This document shows positions 22,488 to 33,303 of a stretch of DNA of 64,000 nucleotides, one piece after another. Under the pieces are notes generated by a model that made no database searches, was not told the DNA's origin, and worked only from the letters and a program-made list of their open reading frames with translations. This stretch comes from an uncultured Prochlorococcus sp. GTDB lineage: Bacteria > Cyanobacteriota > Cyanobacteriia > PCC-6307 > Cyanobiaceae. A program made the translations under genes and the position numbers. Positions within the stretch are counted from its first letter, which is position 1. The number at the start of each line of letters is the position of its first letter. Location: assembly GCA_902537445.1 (NCBI GenBank), contig CACBBI010000003.1, positions 512-64,511 of the forward strand, read 5' to 3'.

Positions 22488-22576
22488 GGAGAGGTGGCTG
22501 AGTGGTTGAAAGCGGCTCCCTGCTAAGGAGTTACAGGAGGTAACTTTTGTCGAGGGTTCGAATCCCTCCCTCTCCG
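22488..22576 (+). tRNA. tRNA-Ser(GCT)
   Basis: GGAGAGG...GCTCC-CT-GCT-AA-GGAGT, long variable arm, GGGTTCGAATCCC, CCTCTCCG; CCA not encoded. Confidence 0.97.
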
Positions 22577-22612
22577 TGATTTATTTAGAAAAATTTTTAA
22601 TTAATTTTTGTT

Positions 22613-23401
22613 TTAAAACAAGTTAAGATTAATATTTTTAAGGTCATAAATAGAATTTAAAATCAAGTCAGCGCCTGCATCTCTAAGATTTGCTTCGTAA
22701 GAATTACGTTCTTTTAATCGAGAATTTAAATGTAAATGAGGGGGAGCTATTCCGATACTTATGAATTTCTGAGTTGGTATTTCCTTTCTAGCGTTTATAA
22801 CTGTATTTATATCTGCAATAGTATCTCCTACATATGCAATGGGAATATTTGATTCGCCAAGTTTATCTCCAATAAGCTTTTTTGATAAGTTAATAAAACC
22901 TTTAGGATTAGGCTTGTCAGGGGCATCTCCCATAGATATTAATGGTGGTGATTTTAGTCCAAGTCTTTTTTCTAAAACAAATTTTGCAGAAGCAGACTCT
23001 GCACCACTAACAAAACCCCAGATTATTCCATTACCTTGAATTAAATCAAAAAAATTTTTATCAACTAATAACTCCTCATTCGTTATGTAACCAGACCAGT
23101 ATTTACTATCTTTATTTGGATCTCCACCAAAGTAAAACTCTTCAAAACATTTTACTATTTCCTTTCTTGGAGGAATTTTAAGTTTTAAGTTCTCTTTTTT
23201 TATACATCTTTTTATAAGTTCTAAACTTAAATCCCAGTCATTATTCCAGATCCCTTCATTTTTTGCATTATCAATATCTATATAACTAGGCTCCCATCCG
23301 GAAAATTTGTAAACTGTTTTTTTTAAAGAAAGCCTATAACTATTTTCTACGCTGCGGATTACCCCATCAATGTCAAACAAAATTAAACCAATATTTTTCA
23401 A
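22613..23401 (-). CDS. HAD-type hydrolase, TIGR01548-like
   Basis: FDIDGVIR, WNNDWD, DKPNP, YVGDTIAD. Confidence 0.85.
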   Translation of the reverse strand: MKNIGLILFDIDGVIRSVENSYRLSLKKTVYKFSGWEPSYIDIDNAKNEGIWNNDWDLSLELIKRCIKKENLKLKIPPRKEIVKCFEEFYFGGDPNKDSKYWSGYITNEELLVDKNFFDLIQGNGIIWGFVSGAESASAKFVLEKRLGLKSPPLISMGDAPDKPNPKGFINLSKKLIGDKLGESNIPIAYVGDTIADINTVINARKEIPTQKFISIGIAPPHLHLNSRLKERNSYEANLRDAGADLILNSIYDLKNINLNLF

Positions 23402-23495
23402 TTAATTTTCTTAAATCATTATTATAAAAGATTAGTATTCTTATAAAGAAAAAGCAAAGAAAAAAATTTCTTTATAAATCATGGATTATCTAAAC

Positions 23496-25298
23496 TTAAT
23501 TTTGTAGATATCCTCTGGGAGTGAGAAATATTTCGTCAACTAAGGTTGTTTGAGAATTGCCAATAATAATGATTGATAACATATCAATCTCTTTGAAAGG
23601 AATAGTGTTTAAAGTAAAAAATTTTTTGGTTTGATTTTCTCTCCCTACTTGTCTAGCTATTAAAACTGGAGTATCACCATGCCTAGATTGTAAACATTTA
23701 TCTATTACACTTTTTAGCTGCCAATTTCTTTCAATGGATTGAGGATTGAATAAAGCTATTACAAAGTCACCCACAAGAGCTCCTTCAATTCTTTTTTCTA
23801 TTAAATACCATGGCGTTAATTTATCGCTTAAGCTTACTGAACAAAAGTCATTCATTAGTGGTGCTCCACTAATCGCAGCAGCTAATTGAACACTACTTAT
23901 ACCTGGATGTACTTCAAAGTAAGGCCTATATTCTTTTTTGATTTTTTGAAGTAACGCCAAAAGTAAACCAGCCATTCCATAGAATCCAGATTCCCCTGAA
24001 GAAATTAAAGCTACTTTTATTCCTTCCTCGGCTAGTTGAATTGCTTTACTGCATCTCTCTTTTTCTTCAGTAAGTTTACTTTCAATTAAAACCTGATCAT
24101 TCCTTTTTAAGGGTTTTATTAAATCTAAATACATTTTGTATCCAATCCAAACAGTACATCTTGAAAGTGCTTTTCTTGCATTATTGGTTAGGAAGGATAT
24201 ATCACCAGGTCCACTTCCAATAATATGGATTTCGCCATGGGTTGGATTATATTGATTTTTTGATTCTGCTACAGCAATAGTTAATGCCCCAGATTGATTT
24301 TTAAAAATTCTTTTTTCTTCTAATAATTTTGATTCCTCTCCTGCTGCAAGTAAGCAAGAGGCTTCTGCTACGGAAGGGGTGCCAATTTCATTTTGCACAA
24401 CATTTGATGGATTTGGAACAATTATTGTTGAAAGATCTTCTTTACTAAAAAACTTTATAGGCAAGTTTTTTTCTTTAGCAAGTTCTAAAATTCCTTTCTC
24501 ATCTTTTTTAATATCAATAGTTGCGAATCCCGCAATTGATTGCTGCGATAAATTTCCTGACGCTAAAAAATTATTTAAAGAATTTGTTATTAATTCTTTG
24601 CTTGTATTTCTTTCACATCCAATACCAATCCATAATACGGGCGGGTGCCAAGTTCTTTCATGATTTTCGAATATACTCACATAAAATGTTGAATCTGTTT
24701 TTTCAGTTTCTTTTTTATCAATTTGATTAATAATCTCAGCTGATTTTGAAGTTTTCCATAAGCTATTACCAGATATTTGGTTGCAAAATATTTCTTCGTT
24801 GTTAGCTTGTTTAATTACTAGTTTAGACCAATCTTTTATTTTGCCAGATCTTTTCCAACCCCATTGATTCCCAAATGCATCAAGATTTAAGAGGCTTTGA
24901 TCATTGGAATTATTAGTTTCTATAATTTCGCCACCAAATAAATTAGCAATTTGAAATGCAATATTTTGTGTATTTGACTGATGTAAGCCAATTAAAGGAA
25001 CTATCTTGGAACATTTCTTATCTATAACTATTACTCCTGGATCTTGATCTTTAGAGGTTAAAAATGGATTTATTATGCGTATTGATGCAGCAATTGAGCC
25101 TATAAAAATTATTAAATCTATCTCCGGCCATTTTTTTAGTAAGATTTCTCTAGGTTTTTGTACTTGAATAAGTTCAGTTTCCTTTTCATCCTCTTCTGAA
25201 GAACCTGCAATATATATGTCTTTGACAAATTCGGTTTTTTTGAGTCTTTTTAAAATTTCTTTTGAATTATTAGATAGACCTATCGCAATGCCTTTCAA
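23496..25298 (-). CDS. cobJ: CbiG/CobE - precorrin-3B C17-methyltransferase (CobJ/CbiH) fusion, cobalamin biosynthesis
   Basis: N-terminal CbiG motifs (DPGVIVID, GIGCER, SVAEA); C-terminal methyltransferase (GSGPG, SLSDKLTPW, TPRGY). Confidence 0.92.
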   Translation of the reverse strand: MKGIAIGLSNNSKEILKRLKKTEFVKDIYIAGSSEEDEKETELIQVQKPREILLKKWPEIDLIIFIGSIAASIRIINPFLTSKDQDPGVIVIDKKCSKIVPLIGLHQSNTQNIAFQIANLFGGEIIETNNSNDQSLLNLDAFGNQWGWKRSGKIKDWSKLVIKQANNEEIFCNQISGNSLWKTSKSAEIINQIDKKETEKTDSTFYVSIFENHERTWHPPVLWIGIGCERNTSKELITNSLNNFLASGNLSQQSIAGFATIDIKKDEKGILELAKEKNLPIKFFSKEDLSTIIVPNPSNVVQNEIGTPSVAEASCLLAAGEESKLLEEKRIFKNQSGALTIAVAESKNQYNPTHGEIHIIGSGPGDISFLTNNARKALSRCTVWIGYKMYLDLIKPLKRNDQVLIESKLTEEKERCSKAIQLAEEGIKVALISSGESGFYGMAGLLLALLQKIKKEYRPYFEVHPGISSVQLAAAISGAPLMNDFCSVSLSDKLTPWYLIEKRIEGALVGDFVIALFNPQSIERNWQLKSVIDKCLQSRHGDTPVLIARQVGRENQTKKFFTLNTIPFKEIDMLSIIIIGNSQTTLVDEIFLTPRGYLQN

Positions 25299-25519
25299 AT
25301 TAGAAACTATTGACAGTAACTTTGAAATTATATCCTGTCGCTTGACTTAAAAAATTTCCTTTGAAATATAAAAAAAAATTTAAGAAATTTATATAAAATT
25401 TGAGTAAAAATACTCATAATTTAGTCATAGACTAGAATTTAACAAAATATTCATATAGTAACAATCATTAGAACATTTGTTACGTTAATGCATAACGAAA
25501 GAATCTTTGCCTTATTATT

Positions 25520-25632
25520 TTTGAAACGAATATCTAAAGTCCCGAAGGATTCGTTTTCTTGAACATTATTATTAAAAATAGGTTTAAGATCCGATCAATC
25601 GGCTTTAATGTCAATTATTTTCGAGGTGCTAG
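25520..25632 (+). promoter_or_regulatory. psaA 5' leader with stem-loops (psaA RNA motif-like)
   Basis: GAAACGAA/TTCGTTTT stem enclosing TCC-CGAA-GGA; CCGA-TCAA-TCGG hairpin; SD GAGGT at 25623. Confidence 0.6.
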
Positions 25633-27936
25633 ATGACCATCAGCCCACCAGAAAGTGGAGAAAAAAACAAAAAAGTTTTGGAAGATCCTGTTAAGGCCGA
25701 TCCAAGACCTATTGATTTTGCCAAATTAGATAAGCCAGGTTTCTGGTCAAGTAAATTATCTAAAGGTCCAAAAACTACAACTTGGATCTGGAATTTGCAT
25801 GCTGATGCGCATGATTTCGATGTGCATACAGGCGATGCTGAAGAAGCAACAAGAAAAATCTTTTCAGCTCATTTTGGACATCTTGCAGTCATTTTTATAT
25901 GGATGAGTGCTGCATTTTTTCATGGAGCAAGATTTTCTAATTACTCAGGTTGGTTAGCTGATCCAACTCATGTTAAACCCGGAGCTCAGCAAGTATGGGC
26001 AATTGTTGGTCAAGAAATGCTTAATGCTGATCTTGGTGCTAACTATAACGGTATTCAAATTAGTTCAGGAATATTCCACATGTGGCGAGCATGGGGAATC
26101 ACTAATGAGAGTGAACTGATGGCTTTAGCAATTGGTGCTGTTGTAATGGCTGCACTTATGCTCCATGCTGGAATTTTTCATTATCACAAAGCAGCTCCAA
26201 AAATGGAGTGGTTCCAAGATATCGAGTCTATGCTTAACCACCATATAGCTGGTTTAGTAGGGCTAGGATCTTTAGCATGGGCTGGCCATTGTATTCATAT
26301 CGGAGCTCCTACTGCAGCTCTCTTAGATGCGATTGATGCAGGTTCTCCTTTAGTCATTAATGGCAAAGAAATAGCTACTATTGCAGATATGCCTATGCCG
26401 CATCAACTCTGCGATCCACAAATTATCGGTCAGATATTTCCAGGATTAGCAAGTGGTACAGGCAATTTCTTTAGTTTAAATTGGTTAGCTTTCTCTGACT
26501 TCCTTACCTTCAAAGGTGGACTTAACCCTGTGACAGGAAGCTTGTGGATGACTGATGTTTCACATCATCATTTAGCTTTTGGTGTAATAGCAATAATCGG
26601 TGGTCATATGTACAGAACCAATTACGGTATTGGTCATAGTATGAAAGAAATATTAGATTCACAGCAAGGAGACCCAATATTATTCCCTGCTCCTAAAGGG
26701 CATCAAGGTCTTTTTGAGTTCATGGCGGAAAGTAGACATGCTCAGCTATCCGTAAACTTAGCGATGCTTGGATCAATAAGTATACTCGTATCTCATCATA
26801 TGTATGCGATGCCTCCATATCCCTATATAGCTACTGACTACATGACAGTTCTGGGATTATTTACCCATCACATGTGGATAGGTGGATTGTTCATAGTAGG
26901 AGCAGGTGCGCATGCTGGAATTGCAATGGTTAGAGATTATGATCCAGCAAAACATATCGATAATGTATTAGACAGAATTCTTAAGGCAAGAGATGCTTTA
27001 ATCAGTCACTTGAACTGGGTATGTATGTGGTTAGGATTCCATAGTTTTGGACTCTATATTCATAACGATACTATGAGAGCTTTGGGTAGACCCCAAGATA
27101 TGTTTAGTGATTCTGCAATCCAACTTCAGCCAATCTTTGCTCAATGGGTACAGAGTATTCAAGCATCTGCTGTTGGAACTTCTCTTTTAGCAGGTACTGC
27201 AGAAGCTTTACCTCACAAAGCTTTGAGTGAAGTTTTTAATGGTAGTTTAGTAGAAGTTGGTGGAAAGGTTGCTATAGCTCCTATTCAATTAGGTACAGCT
27301 GATTTAATGATTCATCATATTCATGCTTTCCAAATCCATGTAACTGTTTTGATACTTCTCAAAGGAGTACTTTATGCAAGAAGTTCAAGGTTGATCCCTG
27401 ATAAAGCTTCTTTAGGATTTAGATTTCCTTGTGATGGACCTGGAAGAGGCGGTACATGTCAAGTTTCTTCATGGGATCACGTTTTCTTGGCTCTCTTTTG
27501 GATGTATAACTGTTTATCAATAGTTATTTTCCACTTCTCTTGGAAAATGCAGAGTGATGTTTGGGGACTCACTGGTGGTAATTTCGCACAAAGTGCAATT
27601 ACTATCAATGGTTGGCTAAGAGATTTCCTCTGGGCTCAAGCTTCTCAAGTATTAACAAGCTATGGTCAATCAATAAGCATGTACGGTTTGATGTTCCTAG
27701 GAGCTCACTTTATATGGGCGTTCAGTTTAATGTTCCTCTTCAGCGGAAGAGGATATTGGCAAGAATTGTTCGAATCAATTGTTTGGGCACACAATAAACT
27801 AAAGGTTGCACCAACCATTCAACCTCGAGCTCTATCTATTACTCAGGGACGTGCAGTAGGTGTTACTCACTTCCTTGTAGGTGGTATTGCTACCACATGG
27901 GCCTTCTTCCATGCTCGCCTTTTCGGGCTGGGCTAA
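25633..27936 (+). CDS. psaA: Photosystem I P700 apoprotein A1
   Basis: [10 protein letters not shown] motif [21 protein letters not shown]. Confidence 0.99.
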   Translation: MTISPPESGEKNKKVLEDPVKADPRPIDFAKLDKPGFWSSKLSKGPKTTTWIWNLHADAHDFDVHTGDAEEATRKIFSAHFGHLAVIFIWMSAAFFHGARFSNYSGWLADPTHVKPGAQQVWAIVGQEMLNADLGANYNGIQISSGIFHMWRAWGITNESELMALAIGAVVMAALMLHAGIFHYHKAAPKMEWFQDIESMLNHHIAGLVGLGSLAWAGHCIHIGAPTAALLDAIDAGSPLVINGKEIATIADMPMPHQLCDPQIIGQIFPGLASGTGNFFSLNWLAFSDFLTFKGGLNPVTGSLWMTDVSHHHLAFGVIAIIGGHMYRTNYGIGHSMKEILDSQQGDPILFPAPKGHQGLFEFMAESRHAQLSVNLAMLGSISILVSHHMYAMPPYPYIATDYMTVLGLFTHHMWIGGLFIVGAGAHAGIAMVRDYDPAKHIDNVLDRILKARDALISHLNWVCMWLGFHSFGLYIHNDTMRALGRPQDMFSDSAIQLQPIFAQWVQSIQASAVGTSLLAGTAEALPHKALSEVFNGSLVEVGGKVAIAPIQLGTADLMIHHIHAFQIHVTVLILLKGVLYARSSRLIPDKASLGFRFPCDGPGRGGTCQVSSWDHVFLALFWMYNCLSIVIFHFSWKMQSDVWGLTGGNFAQSAITINGWLRDFLWAQASQVLTSYGQSISMYGLMFLGAHFIWAFSLMFLFSGRGYWQELFESIVWAHNKLKVAPTIQPRALSITQGRAVGVTHFLVGGIATTWAFFHARLFGLG

Positions 27937-27963
27937 TAACCTGAACTTCACCTTTTTAATTCA

Positions 27964-30192
27964 ATGGCAACAAAATTTCCATCATTTAACCAGGGTCTAG
28001 CTCAGGACCCCACAACCCGACGAATATGGTACGGAATAGCTACCGCTCATGACTTTGAAAGTCATGATGGTATGACCGAAGAAAAACTTTATCAGAAGCT
28101 ATTCTCTACACATTTTGGACATCTAGCAATAATCGCCCTCTGGGTAGCGGGCAACTTATTTCATATTGCTTGGCAGGGTAACTTTGAGCAATTTGTACTT
28201 GATCCAACTCATGTCCGTCCTATTGCTCATGCTATTTGGGATCCTCATTTTGGATCTGGCATCACAGAAGCAATGACACAAGCTGGAGCAAGCGGTCCAG
28301 TAAACATCGCTTATTCAGGTCTCTACCATTGGTGGTACACAATTGGAATGAGAACTAACGAGCAACTATTCCAAGCATCAATATTTATGAGTATTCTTGC
28401 TTGTTGGACTTTGTTTGCAGGTTGGTTACACTTACAACCAAAATTCAGACCTTCTCTGGCTTGGTTTAAAAATGCAGAGTCAAGATTAAATCATCACTTA
28501 GCTGTTTTATTTGGTTTTAGTAGTATCGCTTGGACAGGTCATTTAGTTCATGTTGCAATACCTGAATCAAGAGGTCAGCATGTAGGCTGGGATAACTGGT
28601 TAACAGTACTTCCACACCCTGCAGGTTTAGCTCCTTTCTTTACTTTAAACTGGGGAGCATATGCACAAAACCCTGATTCTTTAGATCAAGTATTTGGTAC
28701 AGCTGAAGGAGCTGGAACAGCAATCTTTACTTTCTTAGGAGGTCTTCATCCTCAAAGTGAAGCATTATGGCTTACTGATATTGCTCATCACCATATTGCA
28801 ATTGGAACAGTTTTTGTAATTGCTGGCCATATGTATAGAAATACTTTTGGGATAGGACATAGCCTTAAAGAAATTACAGAAGCTCATAATACTAGACACC
28901 CAAATGATCCTCATAAAGGTAGTTTCGGAATTAATCATGATGGTATATATGAAACTGTAAATAACTCATTACATTTTCAACTTGGACTAGCATTAGCATC
29001 ACTTGGAGTAGCAACTTCTCTTGTGGCTCAACATATGGGAGCACTACCTTCTTATGCTTTTATCGCTAGGGATTACACTACACAATCTGCCTTATATAGT
29101 CATCATCAGTACATAGCAATGTTCTTGATGGTTGGTGCTTTTGCACATGGAGCTATTTTCTTTGTGAGAGATTACGATCCTGAATTAAATAAAGATAATG
29201 TATTAGCTAGAGTTCTTGGAACAAAAGAAGCTTTAATAAGTCACCTTAGTTGGGTAACAATGTTGCTTGGATTCCATACTCTTGGAATTTATGTCCATAA
29301 TGATGTTGTTGTAGCTTTTGGTAATCCTGAAAAGCAAATTCTAATTGAGCCAGTATTTGCTCAATTTGTTCAAGCAGCTCAAGGTAAGATGATGTACGGC
29401 TTCAATGCTCTATTATCTGATCCTACAAGTTCAGCAAGTCTTGCTGCTAATTCATTACCAGGTAATCATTATTGGATGGATCTTATCAATAGACAAGATG
29501 CATTAAGTGCTTTCTTACCTATAGGTCCTGCAGATTTCTTAGTTCATCATGCTATTGCTTTAGGTCTTCATACAACTGCCTTAATACTTATCAAAGGCGC
29601 TCTTGATGCTAGAGGAACTAAATTAATTCCTGATAAGAAAGATTTAGGTTATGCATTCCCTTGTGATGGTCCTGGACGTGGAGGTACTTGTGATAGCTCA
29701 TCATGGGACGCTATGTATTTAGCGATGTTCTGGGCATTAAATTTACTAGCATGGGTAACCTTCTACTGGCATTGGAAACACCTAGCAATATGGCAGGGTA
29801 ATGTAGCACAATTTAATGAATCAGGAACCTATCTAATGGGTTGGTTCAGAGATTATCTCTGGTTAAACTCCGCTCAACTTATTAACGGATATAATCCATT
29901 TGGAGTAAATTCATTATCTCCTTGGGCTTGGATGTTCCTATTCGGTCACTTAGTTTGGGCTACTGGTTTCATGTTCCTAATATCATGGCGTGGTTACTGG
30001 CAAGAATTAATTGAAACATTAGTTTGGGCCCATCAGCGTACTCCAATAGCTAACCTTGTTGGCTGGAGAGATAAGCCAGTTGCACTTTCAATTGTTCAAG
30101 CTAGATTAGTTGGCTTAGCACATTTCACGATTGGAAACATTCTTACATTTGGTGCATTTGTTATTGCATCAACTTCAGGTAAGTTTGGTTAA
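27964..30192 (+). CDS. psaB: Photosystem I P700 apoprotein A2
   Basis: [35 protein letters not shown]. Confidence 0.99.
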
Positions 30193-30210
30193 ATTTCCTT
30201 TAAATAATTT

Positions 30211-30240
30211 AAATCACCACATTTGTGGTGATTTTTTTTT
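30211..30240 (+). terminator. Intrinsic terminator of psaAB
   Basis: AAATCACCAC-ATTT-GTGGTGATTT hairpin running into a T9 tract, 18 nt after the psaB stop. Confidence 0.9.
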
Positions 30241-30296
30241 GTTTAATTTTAATGCTCTAAATTAAGTTAAAATTGTATAATTATTATCAAATATAA

Positions 30297-31259
30297 ATGT
30301 CAGATATAAAACAATTAATTTCTATTATCATCCCTGTTTTCAATGAAAGTGAGAGTATTGGTTTTTTATTGGATGAAGTTATAAATGTAATGTCAATTCA
30401 TAAATTCAATTTTGAACTGATTGTTGTGAATGATGGTTCTCAAGACAATACTCTTCAAGTATTAAAACAACTAACTTTCAAAATTAAAGAATTGTCAGTA
30501 ATTTCCCTTCGCAAAAATTATGGGCAAACTGCAGCAATGTCAGCTGGCTTTGATAATTCTAAAGGAGATATCATTATTACTTTGGATGGTGATTTACAAA
30601 ATGATCCAAATGATATTCCTATATTGATTTCTGAAATTAATAATGGCTATGATTTGATTTGTGGATGGAGGTTTGATAGGAAAGATAAGTTCATTAATAG
30701 AAAGATACCATCAAAAATAGCTAACAAATTAATAGCTAAGGTAATAGGTTTGAATTTGCATGACTATGGATGTTCATTAAAAGCTTTTAAGAAAGAAATA
30801 ATAGATGATATTAAAATGTATGGTGAACTTCACAGGTTTCTGCCCGTTTTAGCAAATATTGAAGGTGCAAGAATCAAAGAAATTAAAGTAAATCATAGAA
30901 GCAGGCAATATGGATCTAGTAAATATGGAATTGATAGGACTTTTAGAGTTTTAATGGATTTACTAACTGTTTGGTTTATGACTAAATTTTTAACAAGACC
31001 AATGTATGGATTTGGTTTTGTGGGAATTATAAGTATTTTAATTAGCCTTGCGATGAGTTCTTATTTGATAGTTTTAAAAATAATGGGTGAGGATATTGGA
31101 AATCGTCCGTTGTTAATGTTTGCATTAATATTAGGAATTGCTGGTGTTCAATTATTTAGCTTTGGATTATTGAGCGAACTTTTAATTAGGACATATCATG
31201 AAAGTCAAAGTCGTCCAATTTACAGAATTAGATCAATAAGCAGTACTAATCAAAATTGA
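30297..31259 (+). CDS. GT2 polyprenol-phosphate glycosyltransferase (ArnC/GtrB-like)
   Basis: IPVFNE, VNDGSQD, RKNYGQTAA, LDGDLQNDP, two C-terminal TM helices. Confidence 0.9.
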   Translation: MSDIKQLISIIIPVFNESESIGFLLDEVINVMSIHKFNFELIVVNDGSQDNTLQVLKQLTFKIKELSVISLRKNYGQTAAMSAGFDNSKGDIIITLDGDLQNDPNDIPILISEINNGYDLICGWRFDRKDKFINRKIPSKIANKLIAKVIGLNLHDYGCSLKAFKKEIIDDIKMYGELHRFLPVLANIEGARIKEIKVNHRSRQYGSSKYGIDRTFRVLMDLLTVWFMTKFLTRPMYGFGFVGIISILISLAMSSYLIVLKIMGEDIGNRPLLMFALILGIAGVQLFSFGLLSELLIRTYHESQSRPIYRIRSISSTNQN

Positions 31260-31263
31260 TTGT

Positions 31264-31644
31264 TTACTTGAACTTTCTTATTAATAAAGCTGAAATTTCA
31301 ACGACATCAGGAGAAATATCTCTTAAGCCTTTTCGTAAAATTGGTAATGTTGATTTATCAGCTAATTCTTCCGCAATTTTTAATGCCTTTAATTTATTTT
31401 CTGTATTACCCTGAAAAAGACTAAACATTTTATTTTTTTGAGAATTTTTATAAAATACTGAGTACTTTTTTTCTTCGTGATTGTATAAAAAACTATTTTT
31501 ATTAGATGAAAATCCTTTATTTTTGCTTAATTTAATAGAATATAAATTGCTTTTATTTATAAACTTTTTAAAGCTTCTTTTTTTTAAAACTAGAATTAAT
31601 ATTCCTATGAAAATAATAAGTAAAATTGCGAAAAAGTTTATCAT
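31264..31644 (-). CDS. Membrane-anchored protein with a C-terminal HEAT-like repeat
   Basis: N-terminal hydrophobic helix; LPILRKGLRDISPDVV HEAT-like motif. Confidence 0.65.
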   Translation of the reverse strand: MINFFAILLIIFIGILILVLKKRSFKKFINKSNLYSIKLSKNKGFSSNKNSFLYNHEEKKYSVFYKNSQKNKMFSLFQGNTENKLKALKIAEELADKSTLPILRKGLRDISPDVVEISALLIRKFK

Positions 31645-31736
31645 GTAAAAAGTTAATAATTTTTATATCATCCAGTAATAAAATTAACACTATTTCTCAG
31701 ATAAATACTAAAGTATTTAAAGATGTTTAATGAACT

Positions 31737-31850
31737 ATGCCATCTGATTTACCAAGTCTTTTACCCTCAATTTTTGTTCCATTAATTGGTATAGCAATGC
31801 CTGCTGTTTTTATCGTATTGATTGGAAGATTAATTACAGCAACTGAATAA
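31737..31850 (+). CDS. psaI: Photosystem I subunit VIII (not in the ORF track)
   Basis: Hand translation MPSDLPSLLPSIFVPLIGIAMPAVFIVLIGRLITATE*; LPSIFVPLIG signature, directly upstream of psaL. Confidence 0.95.
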   Translation: MPSDLPSLLPSIFVPLIGIAMPAVFIVLIGRLITATE

Positions 31851-31877
31851 ATTATCAAACACTAAACTATTAAAAAA

Positions 31878-32477
31878 ATGAGCGACTTTCAAAAATCATT
31901 CTCAGAATCAACAAGTTCTATTAAGTTTGATGAGAAATACATAGATACTTCTGTACAACCAAATGATATTGGCGTAGCAGAACAATGGGCAGTAAAAACA
32001 GTTGCTGATCCTTGTGTTGGTAATTTAGCTACTCCAGTTAATAGTGGTTATTTTACAAAAGCCTTCATAAATAATTTACCTTTTTACAGAGAAGGTATTT
32101 CCCCTAATTTTAGGGGTTTAGAAACTGGAGCAGCTTTTGGATATCTTCTATACGGACCTTTCACTATGACTGGCCCATTAAGAAATTCTGAATTTGCACT
32201 AACAGCTGGACTTCTCGCTACTATTGGGGCTGTTCATATTTTGACAGCACTTTTTGTTCTATACAATGCACCTGGTAAAGCACCTAATGTTCAACCTCCA
32301 GATGCGACTGTTAATAATCCGCCAAAGGACTTATTTACAAGAGCTGGTTGGGCTGATTTTACGAGTGGATTTTGGTTAGGAGGCTGTGGAGGAGCTGTTT
32401 TTGCTTGGTTACTTGTTGGTACATTACACTTAGATACCATAATGCCAATTATTAAAAATATTTGGACTGCTGGTTAA
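31878..32477 (+). CDS. psaL: Photosystem I subunit XI (long Prochlorococcus type)
   Basis: [32 protein letters not shown]. Confidence 0.97.
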   Translation: MSDFQKSFSESTSSIKFDEKYIDTSVQPNDIGVAEQWAVKTVADPCVGNLATPVNSGYFTKAFINNLPFYREGISPNFRGLETGAAFGYLLYGPFTMTGPLRNSEFALTAGLLATIGAVHILTALFVLYNAPGKAPNVQPPDATVNNPPKDLFTRAGWADFTSGFWLGGCGGAVFAWLLVGTLHLDTIMPIIKNIWTAG

Positions 32478-32541
32478 TTCCTAAATAAAAGAATAAGTAA
32501 TATTTAAATTTAATTTAAAATTAAAACGTGCCCTCTATTAA

Positions 32542-33300
32542 TTAACGTATAGTTCTGTCCCATCTATAATTTCTAACTACTCGTCCTGCCGAAATTAGTT
32601 GAGATTTATAATGAAATGAGATTTTGTCATTAGACTTTTTTAGGGTATCTAATCCTATTCCATTTCTGCCAAAATCCTTTCCAGAGCTATGGTAATACAA
32701 TCCATCTCCCTTGTAGATTCCAATATGATCGCATTTTTCTTCATTTCCAAAAAATAAAAGATCGCCAGGTCGTAGAGCCGCATATGATTCTTTGTAATAA
32801 AAAAGGTGTTTACAAAAACTTTTTATTTGAAAAGAGTCTCGAGGTATATGAATTTGATGCTTTAAAAAAGCAGTCTGAATTAATCCAGAACAATCAAAAT
32901 TGGGTCCTAATGTTCCTCCCCAAAGGTATTCATTATTTAATTCAGATTGATCCTTGATCCATTTTAAAATTGAGTTAACTTTATCTTTTATAAAGAAGTG
33001 TTCTTTTTTTGAATTCTTAGTTTTTCCTAATTCGTATTTCTCAATAATTAATCCATCTAAATTTATCCAACAGATGTAACCATCTTCATATAGTTGAACT
33101 AGTATTCTTGATAATTTATGATTGTTTTGAGAAATATTTGGATAAATAAGCCTAAAAATTCTATTTTTAAATATTTCAGTAACTAATTGATCTTCTGTTT
33201 CATTTTGATATCCAGAAATATTAACTTTTAATTTCCACCAAATAGTTTTTGAAAAATTAGTTTGTTTAAATAGTGAGATAGGATTTTTATAATTTTTCAT
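32542..33300 (-). CDS. NlpC/P60 (C40) peptidoglycan peptidase
   Basis: YLWGG..GPNFDCSG (catalytic Cys), HIGIY, YYHSSG. Confidence 0.9.
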   Translation of the reverse strand: MKNYKNPISLFKQTNFSKTIWWKLKVNISGYQNETEDQLVTEIFKNRIFRLIYPNISQNNHKLSRILVQLYEDGYICWINLDGLIIEKYELGKTKNSKKEHFFIKDKVNSILKWIKDQSELNNEYLWGGTLGPNFDCSGLIQTAFLKHQIHIPRDSFQIKSFCKHLFYYKESYAALRPGDLLFFGNEEKCDHIGIYKGDGLYYHSSGKDFGRNGIGLDTLKKSNDKISFHYKSQLISAGRVVRNYRWDRTIR

Positions 33301-33303
33301 ACA

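Noticed and set aside
25299-25400. Cobalamin riboswitch upstream of cobJ
   Set aside because: The region is short and AT-rich with no recognisable B12-box or conserved core.
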